64,000 nucleotides of DNA, taken from contig CBDEUK010000002.1 of NCBI GenBank assembly GCA_965243205.1, positions 1,280,001 to 1,344,000 on the forward strand, in the 5' to 3' direction. Below are positions 8,875 to 17,544 of the stretch, piece after piece. Within the stretch, counting starts at the first letter, position 1. Each line of letters starts with the position of its first letter. The stretch comes from Gammaproteobacteria bacterium. GTDB taxonomy: Bacteria; Pseudomonadota; Gammaproteobacteria; Eutrophobiales; Eutrophobiaceae. Both the position numbers and the translations under genes were made by a program. Under the pieces are notes generated by a model. The model saw only the letters and a program-made list of their open reading frames with translations. It had not been told where the DNA came from and made no database searches.

Positions 8875-11800
8875 ATGAAAACACATCAAGCCATTACGAA
8901 TAAAAAATTAACATTAGGCATTCCAGGTTTTACTTACGAAGATTTATATCAATCAGACAAGTTAAAACAACTCAATGAAATATTTCATGCCGAGTTATCA
9001 AACTCAGATAAAGACCTAGCCGAACAATTTTCAAACTATGCTAACAATGAGGATGCATTTACTCCTCAGCAGGTTTCTGACTTACTAGTCAATGTTGCAC
9101 CTTATATCGGTAGTTTCGTTGCAAAATTATTTGATGTAAGTGATATAAAACAAGAGCAAGCCGAAGTCATTACATCGGATATGAGCAGTGTGTTTGTATT
9201 TCGTAATGAAATTGTTGAAAAACTCAACACTAAATTCAAAAAAATCGATACCTCTGATTGGGATTTCAATTCTATTCAAGCAGATTTAGATCTTTTACAA
9301 CAAGCTGCCTTTCCTGAAACCTTAGATGTTAAAGATGATGAAAAAGCAATTGCTTATATTGGAGCAAGACTTGCGAACTTAGCGGACCATTTTTTATTAC
9401 TCAAAAAAGAGAAACCCACAGATTATCCAGGTGGTGTTGCCTCTGCCGATGCCCATACTAAAAAACTACGCGACGATTTAAATAAACATGCTGAAGCTAA
9501 TACTCGATTTTCTAATGCATTAGCTTTAGAAGATGATGCAGAGTTTATTAATGAAATTGCTTATATCGTGCAATGTTGGTGTAAAGCTACCACCTTAGAA
9601 AACAGTCCGCTTGCTGATAAAACTCTCGGTTGGCTAAGCTTTAAAGAAGTTGCTAAACGTGATTTTAATCATTTAGTACATCACGATACTTTCGAACGTG
9701 ACGGTTTTGATACCTGGGTTTGTGAAAAACATGACGCTCGAAACCGTGATGGTTTTGCATTAACTGATAAACGGTTTGATCAAAGACATGTTCTATACGA
9801 AGTCAATCATTGTATCTATTGTCACGAACGTGATACCGACTCCTGTTCAAAAGGCATGCGCAATAAGAAAACGGAAGAGTTTAAAGTTAATCCTCTCGGT
9901 TCAGTTATCACAGGTTGTCCTTTAGGTGAAAAAATTTCTGAAATGCATGTCGTCAAAAAAGATGGTGACAACATCGGCGCATTAGCATTGGTGGTATTGG
10001 ATAATCCAATGTGTCCTGGCACTGGTCATCGTATTTGTAATGATTGTATGCGCGGTTGTATTTATCAAAAAACCGAGCCCGTCAACATTCCACAAATCGA
10101 AACAAATGTTTTAACTGATGTATTATTCATGCCTTGGGGTTTTGAGATTTATAGTTTTCTAACCCGTTGGAACCCATTAAATATCAAACGTCCATATGCG
10201 CTTCCTTATAATGGAAAAAATATTATGGTCGTTGGAATGGGCCCAGCAGGTTACACCTTAGCGCATTATTTATTGAATGAGGGTTTTGCTGTTGCGGGTA
10301 TTGATGCTTTAAAGATAGAGCCTTTACCAACAAATTTAGTTGGCGATAAAGATACCACACCAGAACCTATCTATGACTTTAATGATATTTACGAAGAACT
10401 CGATAAACGTTTACTTGCTGGTTTTGGTGGCGTTGCAGAATACGGTATTACTGTACGTTGGGATAAAAACTTTTTAAAAGTAATTTATTTAACACTTGCT
10501 AGGAACAATGCATTTCGTTGTTATGGTGGTGTGCGTTTTGGCGGCACAGTGACTATAGAAGATGCTTGGCAGCTTGGTTTTGATCATATCGCTATTGCAT
10601 CTGGAGCTGGCAAACCGACAATTATCGGTCTTAAAAATAATTTAATTCGCGGCATTCGCAAAGCCTCTGACTTCTTAATGACTTTGCAATTAACAGGTGC
10701 TGCTAAAGATAATTCTATGGCCAACTTACAAGTTCGTTTACCTGTTGGCATTATCGGTGGTGGTCTAACCGCGATTGATACTACGACTGAAGTCATGGCG
10801 TATTACCCTGTTCAAGTTGAAAAGATATTAAAACGTTACACCGTATTATCGAATGAACTTGGCGAAGAAGCTGTTCGTGCTCGTTACGATAAAGAAGAGT
10901 TAGAAATTCTGGATGAATTTTTAGAACACGGTAAAGCTATAGCTGCCGTGCGTAAAAAAGCAGAAGCAGCAAATGAAACACCCAACTTTGAGCCTTTAAT
11001 TACTGCTTGGGGTGGTGTGACTATGTTTTATCGCAAGGGTATTAAAAATTCACCAGCCTATACTCAAAATCATGAAGAAATTCATGAAGCTTTACAAGAA
11101 GGCATTCAATTAGCCGAAGGCATGAATCCTTTAGAAGCTGTGCCAGATCAATACGGCGCTTTAAAAGGCGTTAAGTTTGATAAATTAATTGAAGAAGATG
11201 GTCGTTGGGTATCCGAATCCAATGAATTCGAAGTTCCATTAAAAAGTTTATTCGTTGCAGCAGGTACTGCACCTAATACGATTTACCAACAAGAATATCC
11301 CGACACTTTTTCCATGGATAAAAAGTTTTTCCAACGCTATGAACCGAGTTGGAATGGTAAAGACTTACTTGAGTTAGTAGCTATGGAAGACGCTACAGAG
11401 CCTAAAATTGGTAAACCTGCACCTTTTACCTCTTATCAAAAAGATGGCAAGTTTATTAGCTTCTATGGTGATAACCACCCTGTTTATGCAGGTAATGTGG
11501 TAAAAGCTATGGCCAGCGCCAAAGATGGTTATCCATATGTTGCCCAATTATTCGAAAAAGAACTAGCAAAACTAGAGCCGAATAAACAAACTGAGCGCGA
11601 TCAATCGTTAATTAATTTATTTGATTCTATTGATAGACAATTACTAGCAACAGTAGTGGAAGTTAATCGTTTAACACCAACTATTATTGAAGTAATTGTA
11701 AAAGCACCTTTGCAAGCCAAAAAATTTCATCCTGGCCAATTTTATCGCGTACAAAACTTTGAATCCTTAGCACCTACAATTGATGATACGGTATTAGCAG

Positions 11801-12609
11801 CTGAAGGCTTAGCGTTAACAGGTGCCTGGGTAGATCAAGAACAAGGGTTAATTTCATTAATCACATTAGAGATGGGTAGCTCATCTCGTTTATGCGCTAC
11901 TTGGAAAAAAGGTGATCCACTTGTGGTAATGGGTGTTACTGGTGCACCAACAGAAATTTCAAAAAATGAAACGGTTATGTTAGTTGGTGGTGGGCTTGGT
12001 AATGCCGTCCAATTCTCTATTGGCAAAGCCTTACGCGCTTTAGGTAACAAAGTCATTTATTTCGCTGGCTATAAAAACCCTACTGATATTTTTAAAGTCA
12101 AAGATATTGAAGAAGCCTCAGATGTTATTGTTTGGGCAGTTGATCCTGCGCCTGGAGTTGAAGCGATTGAAACAACTCGACCACAAGATAAATCCACGGT
12201 AGGAAATATTCTAGAAGCCATTGAACGCTTTGCTAAAGGTGATCTAGGTAAATCTGATATTTCTCTTAAAGACGTTGATAACATGATTGTCATCGGTTCA
12301 GACAGAATGATGGCCGCAGTTAAAGAATCTCGGCATGGAAAATTGAAAGAATATTTTAAACCAAATCATACAGCAATAGGTTCTATTAATTCACCCATGC
12401 AATGTATGATGAAAGGTGTTTGTGCGCAGTGTTTATGCAAACATATCGATCCAGAAACCAAAGAAGAGTATTTTGTATATTCTTGTTATAACCAGGATCA
12501 AGATTTGGATAAAGTCGATTTTGAAAATTTAAATGCTCGATTACGACAAAACAGTGTACAAGAAAAATTGTCTAATTTATGGTTGGATAAATTACTTTCC
12601 AATCAATAG
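8875..12609 (+). CDS. Large FAD/Fe-S oxidoreductase: GltD/NfnB-like module fused to a C-terminal FNR/PyrK/NfnA-like module
   Basis: CIYCH..SC, GCP, CPGTGHRICNDCMRGC; Rossmann GMGPAG and GGGLTAID; PGQFYRVQ, GGGLGNA, NSPMQCMMKGVCAQC...C; TTG 8857 is an alternative start. Confidence 0.85.
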   Translation: MKTHQAITNKKLTLGIPGFTYEDLYQSDKLKQLNEIFHAELSNSDKDLAEQFSNYANNEDAFTPQQVSDLLVNVAPYIGSFVAKLFDVSDIKQEQAEVITSDMSSVFVFRNEIVEKLNTKFKKIDTSDWDFNSIQADLDLLQQAAFPETLDVKDDEKAIAYIGARLANLADHFLLLKKEKPTDYPGGVASADAHTKKLRDDLNKHAEANTRFSNALALEDDAEFINEIAYIVQCWCKATTLENSPLADKTLGWLSFKEVAKRDFNHLVHHDTFERDGFDTWVCEKHDARNRDGFALTDKRFDQRHVLYEVNHCIYCHERDTDSCSKGMRNKKTEEFKVNPLGSVITGCPLGEKISEMHVVKKDGDNIGALALVVLDNPMCPGTGHRICNDCMRGCIYQKTEPVNIPQIETNVLTDVLFMPWGFEIYSFLTRWNPLNIKRPYALPYNGKNIMVVGMGPAGYTLAHYLLNEGFAVAGIDALKIEPLPTNLVGDKDTTPEPIYDFNDIYEELDKRLLAGFGGVAEYGITVRWDKNFLKVIYLTLARNNAFRCYGGVRFGGTVTIEDAWQLGFDHIAIASGAGKPTIIGLKNNLIRGIRKASDFLMTLQLTGAAKDNSMANLQVRLPVGIIGGGLTAIDTTTEVMAYYPVQVEKILKRYTVLSNELGEEAVRARYDKEELEILDEFLEHGKAIAAVRKKAEAANETPNFEPLITAWGGVTMFYRKGIKNSPAYTQNHEEIHEALQEGIQLAEGMNPLEAVPDQYGALKGVKFDKLIEEDGRWVSESNEFEVPLKSLFVAAGTAPNTIYQQEYPDTFSMDKKFFQRYEPSWNGKDLLELVAMEDATEPKIGKPAPFTSYQKDGKFISFYGDNHPVYAGNVVKAMASAKDGYPYVAQLFEKELAKLEPNKQTERDQSLINLFDSIDRQLLATVVEVNRLTPTIIEVIVKAPLQAKKFHPGQFYRVQNFESLAPTIDDTVLAAEGLALTGAWVDQEQGLISLITLEMGSSSRLCATWKKGDPLVVMGVTGAPTEISKNETVMLVGGGLGNAVQFSIGKALRALGNKVIYFAGYKNPTDIFKVKDIEEASDVIVWAVDPAPGVEAIETTRPQDKSTVGNILEAIERFAKGDLGKSDISLKDVDNMIVIGSDRMMAAVKESRHGKLKEYFKPNHTAIGSINSPMQCMMKGVCAQCLCKHIDPETKEEYFVYSCYNQDQDLDKVDFENLNARLRQNSVQEKLSNLWLDKLLSNQ

Positions 12610-12614
12610 ATAAT

Positions 12615-13022
12615 TTATCGAATTCTATTAAGATATTTATCTAAATGAAGGTGCCTGAACACAGCTTCATTCCAAGGTTCATCGCTAAGTACATCGTGAT
12701 AAGCTTTATTTAATACAAAGGCATACGCTTTATAACTTTGCTCAGATTCATCCTTAACTTCAACTAGAGTCCTATCATAAAAATACGATTCAAATATATC
12801 AATTAAATTCAAAGATTCCTCATCGACATCGAAATAAATTAATCCATCGATTATAGTCTTCTCAGCGGTCGGAATAATTGCTGGGAACACATGATTTTTC
12901 ACTAAATATCTTTCGTAAGAAGATAAATACACTTTTTCTGTTTTAAACGTTTTATTAGTAACTGCATACATCACTTCTGATGCGCATAAAGTACCGTATG
13001 TAAAAACATTATATAAGGACAT
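12615..13022 (-). CDS. Gamma-glutamylcyclotransferase (AIG2-like) family protein
   Basis: VFTYGTL motif, FPAI, IDIFE..FYDR..V.V. Confidence 0.85.
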   Translation of the reverse strand: MSLYNVFTYGTLCASEVMYAVTNKTFKTEKVYLSSYERYLVKNHVFPAIIPTAEKTIIDGLIYFDVDEESLNLIDIFESYFYDRTLVEVKDESEQSYKAYAFVLNKAYHDVLSDEPWNEAVFRHLHLDKYLNRIR

Positions 13023-13098
13023 ATTTTTTCACATGTTCAACTCAACAAAATTGATAGTATACTACCTTTAAGATTTCAAAAAGTTTTGCTAGGTAAAT

Positions 13099-14103
13099 AT
13101 GAATATTGTAAATGGAGATGCTGCGGCTGGTTCTTTCAAACAAGCATTTGATATGCCAGTAGATGAACTATTAGTTTTCCGTGATGTATTGTCAGTCGGT
13201 TCTATTCAAAAATTTAATTCTATAACTGAATGGAGAGAAACAAGGCAATTTTTTTGGAATCATATCATGAAAATTACAGGAACAGATCCGCAATATTTCA
13301 CTGATTTTTCAAGAGATTTTTATATTGATTTTGAAGAGTTACTAGATTCGAAAGAAATACATTTATGGATAGGCTGTGCATTAAGCGATCAACTATTATT
13401 GGTTTTTCTTGTCTATCTACTGCATCAACATAAAATTAATCTAAATAATTTATTTATTTATCAATACACTCAAACTAATAATTTGAAAATCGCACATGGA
13501 CTTGGAATGCTTGATCCTGAAAGGATTAAGCAAACACCAGAAAAATTCAACCTCACAGAACAACAAACCTTAGAATGTCTCAACGCATGGGAAGCAGTCA
13601 CTCATCATTCACCTGAACAATATTTAACTATTATCAATTCTGAAAACAGCTCTCTACCAATGCTTAATAGAGCATTGAAAGCGTTACTATTTCGTTACCC
13701 AAACAGTGATAACGGCTTATCGTATATCGATGAAGTTATACTAAAAAATACAACACTACATGGACCTAAAGCCTCAAAAATTATTGGCTATACTCTTGGA
13801 GAGGATTGGCATGAAGATAGAATCCAAGGCTTGGATTTAGTTGGAGATTTATATTTATATGGTCGTCTACAAAATATGGCATCTCCTATTTTGACTCACC
13901 CATTACTTTCGTTAAATAAGCCAAATGTATCTATGAAAGAAACAGAATTAGAAATTCTAGATTTTGGATTAGACGTATTAAACAAAAAAAAGAACTCCAT
14001 TGAATTGAATGGCATTGATGACTGGGTATGCGGAGTACATTTAAACTCGTTGGAAAATTTATGGTACCGAAACGATACTGATTTAACATTAGTAAAAAAT
14101 TAG
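13099..14103 (+). CDS. DUF1835-domain protein
   Basis: N-terminal IVNGDAAAGS...DVLSVG, LW......DQL, RYP...NGLS. Confidence 0.7.
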   Translation: MNIVNGDAAAGSFKQAFDMPVDELLVFRDVLSVGSIQKFNSITEWRETRQFFWNHIMKITGTDPQYFTDFSRDFYIDFEELLDSKEIHLWIGCALSDQLLLVFLVYLLHQHKINLNNLFIYQYTQTNNLKIAHGLGMLDPERIKQTPEKFNLTEQQTLECLNAWEAVTHHSPEQYLTIINSENSSLPMLNRALKALLFRYPNSDNGLSYIDEVILKNTTLHGPKASKIIGYTLGEDWHEDRIQGLDLVGDLYLYGRLQNMASPILTHPLLSLNKPNVSMKETELEILDFGLDVLNKKKNSIELNGIDDWVCGVHLNSLENLWYRNDTDLTLVKN

Positions 14104-14125
14104 TGTAGTTTTCCTAAAAATTTAC

Positions 14126-15067
14126 TCAAGCTAATTCTGTTATCATCTGCTGACGTAATTCTAATTCTTTAGGTACTTGTTGTAGTTTTTCAATTTTTTT
14201 TAAGCTATGTAACAAACCTTTTTGATTTGCTATTTGAATATTGAGGCCTGGCCGTGCGTTTAATTCTAACATCAAAGGCCCCAAGTTTTTATCTAGTACA
14301 ATATCAACCCCTATATACTGCAAACCAACCATATCAGAACATTGCATTGCTAATTGTAAAATTTCTTCCCATTTTGGTATGGAAATATTACTCGTAGCAT
14401 AAGCTGTATCTGGATGAACATTGATATTTTTATTGTGTAAAACCCCTGATGTAGTTTTACCATTCATCAAATCAATACCTATACCCATAGCACCTTGATG
14501 TAAATTTGCTTTACCATCAGATTCACGTGTTGGTAACCTCAACATTGCTGCAATAGGAATACCTCTAAACACTATGACTCGAATATCAGGAACACCTTGA
14601 TATGTAATGTGTTCAAAAAAAGGATCAAAATTCACTCTATATTCAATAATCGCTTGATCGTTTATTCCGCTTAAACTGTACATGCCACTCAATATGTTTG
14701 AAACATAATGCTTTAGACTTTCAATTGAAATCAAATCGCCATTTGATTTTTGAAAATAATTACCAATCTTATTTTTCACTACCATAATCCCATTACCACC
14801 ACTTCCATGAGACGGTTTAATAACAAATTCTTTTTTACTGGATATTACTTCTTCAAGATTTTTTAATTCATGTTGTGCTTGTATGACATAATATAAAGCT
14901 GGAACTTTTATATTTTTCTCTATGGCTATTTTTTTAGTTTTAAGCTTATCATCAACCAGTGGGTATAAATTCCGAGAGTTATACCTCATGATATAATCTG
15001 CATTACGCTGATTAATTCCAAGTAAGCCGTGATTCATTAAACGTGAAAAAGAATTTTTAAAAAACAA
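14126..15067 (-). CDS. Alpha-L-glutamate ligase-like ATP-grasp protein (RimK-related)
   Basis: LLGINQRN, LVDDKLKTK, FVIKPSHGSGGNGI, GVPDIRV, MLRLPT..SDGKANLHQG, GVDIV, ELNARPGL.IQ.AN. Confidence 0.9.
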   Translation of the reverse strand: MFFKNSFSRLMNHGLLGINQRNADYIMRYNSRNLYPLVDDKLKTKKIAIEKNIKVPALYYVIQAQHELKNLEEVISSKKEFVIKPSHGSGGNGIMVVKNKIGNYFQKSNGDLISIESLKHYVSNILSGMYSLSGINDQAIIEYRVNFDPFFEHITYQGVPDIRVIVFRGIPIAAMLRLPTRESDGKANLHQGAMGIGIDLMNGKTTSGVLHNKNINVHPDTAYATSNISIPKWEEILQLAMQCSDMVGLQYIGVDIVLDKNLGPLMLELNARPGLNIQIANQKGLLHSLKKIEKLQQVPKELELRQQMITELA

Positions 15068-16597
15068 TTAACTATCCTTCAAAAAATCTTTGAATCGGTA
15101 CAATTCCACTAAACGGTATCCTGTATAACGCCCCATCAATAAACACAATGCTAAAATAATGAGTAATAATTCAGGAAAAACAAAGAGTAGATAACTCAAA
15201 TATTCATTTGTCATTACCAAATAACCAAGGCATGCCAAGATCAAACTTCCTATCCCCTGTTCAATAGCATCACGTGCTCCACTTTCTTCCCAAACAATCG
15301 ACATTCTTTCTATTGTCATTGCTAAAATAACCATCGGAAACAAAGCGATAGAAATAAACCGATCGCCCTCTAAACCATTTGATACCATGCTTACTAATAA
15401 CATTAGAATAACAACAATTACTAAAATTGATGCTAATCTTGGAACAAGTAATAACATTAATTGTTCAAGGTATGAACGAATAAATAAACCTATTACAACT
15501 ATTCCACTAAAAATCAACACGCCCCAAAACAATTGGGTTTCTCGAAAAGAAATAGCAATAAGAATAGGCATAAATGTTCCGAAAGTATTAATCCCTATAA
15601 ACGTTCGAAAAAAAACAATCAGTAATGCGCCAAGTGGCAACATTAATAATAAACGTAAAACATTTTGTTCATTCACGGGTAATGAAAATAACGTTAAATT
15701 TGATAACAATGAATGCGAAGATATATTTCGTTGATGAATAATATTGATTAATTCCTCATAACTTTTTGTCACAGAAAATTTCACATCAATATCTTGTCCC
15801 CCAGTTAATTGATACATAGGGTCACTTCCAACCATCCATATAAAGAAATTTTTGGGCATACCTGATACAGCGGTTTTAGGATCGAATAAAGCCCACTTAT
15901 TTCCATTGTATACTTGTAACATGGGGATAAGACTTAAATCATTACTAGATTTACTAATATCAACGCCCCATACCTCTCTTGCCGGAATACGTACACCTTT
16001 TAATACATTGATAATTTCTTTAATCCATTCACTATCGTTAGAGTATTTTTGTTTAAGCAATTTGATATTTTCATCAGTCTCACTTGCATTTAACCTCTGT
16101 AATAGCTCGCGAGTATATGTAAATACATCTGCAGACTCGCTTCTTACATCATCAATAACTGCTTGAATAGCAGTTGCGTAAGGTTCTGGGTATTCTGGAG
16201 GTTCGGGGAAATCTGGTTTACTTAGCCATTGATCATCTTGCTGTTGAGTACTTCGAGTCAATGTCGTTCGATAATATAAACTCTCTTGTTTTCTACCTCT
16301 TCTAACAGCCCATTCAGCAATCCGATTATCTTCTCTCTTTTCTATTGCCAAGCCATAACGGCTAGAAATCATATCCTCATCAATTTTTTCAAAACCAGGA
16401 GTGTTTTTCGGGATATGAAAACTAAGTTTTACAGGCTTATTTTTTCCATTGAATGAAAGTTTAGCTTGTAGGATCCATACTTCCGTTTTCTGATTAGAGA
16501 CTAAAGGAATATTAATATAGAAATGTTTATAGATAAAAATCGAAAAGCCCAAGGCCATTAAACCAAACGACCAGAATATGACTGCTTTATTTCTCAT
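15068..16597 (-). CDS. Inactive transglutaminase fused to a 7TM domain
   Basis: N-terminal TM, soluble transglutaminase-like region (IPAR.V.G...W..FDP), C-terminal 7TM with G..TFGTFMP.LIA, LLVPRL, FPMVIL..TIER, GRYTGYRL.EL.RF. Confidence 0.88.
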   Translation of the reverse strand: MRNKAVIFWSFGLMALGFSIFIYKHFYINIPLVSNQKTEVWILQAKLSFNGKNKPVKLSFHIPKNTPGFEKIDEDMISSRYGLAIEKREDNRIAEWAVRRGRKQESLYYRTTLTRSTQQQDDQWLSKPDFPEPPEYPEPYATAIQAVIDDVRSESADVFTYTRELLQRLNASETDENIKLLKQKYSNDSEWIKEIINVLKGVRIPAREVWGVDISKSSNDLSLIPMLQVYNGNKWALFDPKTAVSGMPKNFFIWMVGSDPMYQLTGGQDIDVKFSVTKSYEELINIIHQRNISSHSLLSNLTLFSLPVNEQNVLRLLLMLPLGALLIVFFRTFIGINTFGTFMPILIAISFRETQLFWGVLIFSGIVVIGLFIRSYLEQLMLLLVPRLASILVIVVILMLLVSMVSNGLEGDRFISIALFPMVILAMTIERMSIVWEESGARDAIEQGIGSLILACLGYLVMTNEYLSYLLFVFPELLLIILALCLLMGRYTGYRLVELYRFKDFLKDS

Positions 16598-16625
16598 CTC
16601 TACATAGAATAATAAAATTAATAAA

Positions 16626-17135
16626 TTATAGGCAAGCCATTTCTGTCAAGAATGTCTTTTCAGGATCAATAATTACATTACCTGAAAGAAAGCGCCTTCC
16701 TAATAATATAGGGTAAATAAATTCTGAGCGATCAACCAAATTAAATTGTGTTTCTATTATTTTATTATTGAAACAAATATTTAAATTCACAACAAAACGA
16801 TGATCGTAATTACCATCGTGATTTTTGATTTTCACATCTCTAACTAAAGGCTTTTCCATAAGAAACAAATTCTTCTTATTTTTATTTTCCGGCAAAATTA
16901 TTTGAAATCTTACCCAATCTTCACCATTGTTATCAAATCGTTCAATATCGGTGGCATTAATTGAAGAAGTTTTTGCACCTGTATCCAGTTTTGCTTTTAT
17001 ATTCAGAGGAATATTTTCAACTTTTATATTCTCAACCCACCCTGATATCACTTTATTTTTTTCAGAATCTGCTAAGATTTGAGGTGTGATAACAAGCAGT
17101 AAAAATATTTTTAATAGATACATTTTAGAAATCAT
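16626..17135 (-). CDS. RimB-like retropepsin-type protease ('ATP-dependent Zn protease' family), exported
   Basis: Signal peptide; GW.E, AKLDTGAKTSS, DRSEF.YP.LLGRRFL. Confidence 0.88.
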   Translation of the reverse strand: MISKMYLLKIFLLLVITPQILADSEKNKVISGWVENIKVENIPLNIKAKLDTGAKTSSINATDIERFDNNGEDWVRFQIILPENKNKKNLFLMEKPLVRDVKIKNHDGNYDHRFVVNLNICFNNKIIETQFNLVDRSEFIYPILLGRRFLSGNVIIDPEKTFLTEMACL

Positions 17136-17271
17136 CTGTAAATTAAATATTAAGACCTATGATACTGATATATGTCACAGCTAAATAAATCAATATTCAA
17201 TACTTGAGAGATAGTTAACAATAAACTACTAGTTTAGAGATGATATAGAAGTGAATATTTCCTGTTTTTAA

Positions 17272-17544
17272 CTATCCACCCTCAATTGCAGGAACTAAAT
17301 CTAATACATCGTTTATTCGTACTAAATTTTGGAAATCATGTTCGCGAATTTGATCGTTATTGTGAAAAAATAAAAGCTGTGGATTTAACTTCTTATGCTC
17401 TTTCCAAATAAGTTCTTTTAATTCGGGATATAAATTTGCACCATAATGCAGACAATCTTCAATTGTATTGCCCATTAATTCAATATGTAATTTTTGGTTA
17501 ATTTCTCTCATCAAAGATGGAGAAAGTCGTAACGTTAAGCGCAT
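17272..17544 (-). CDS. MoaD/ThiS-family sulfur carrier (ubiquitin-like)
   Basis: 90 aa beta-grasp-sized protein ending D.LDLVPAIEGG; overlaps the AOR gene's end. Confidence 0.85.
   Translation of the reverse strand: MRLTLRLSPSLMREINQKLHIELMGNTIEDCLHYGANLYPELKELIWKEHKKLNPQLLFFHNNDQIREHDFQNLVRINDVLDLVPAIEGG

Noticed and set aside
8875-12609. Annotation as glutamate synthase small subunit or DsrL
   Set aside because: Far too long, has a C-terminal FNR/2Fe-2S module, and there are no gltB or dsr genes nearby
14126-17544. MoaD/ubiquitin-like gene directly upstream of protease + ligase read as a ubiquitin-like conjugation system
   Set aside because: The MoaD gene overlaps the AOR gene and is separated from the triad by 136 nt with a composition shift. 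MoaD-AOR linkage is the simpler explanation, and there is no E1/E2/JAB gene
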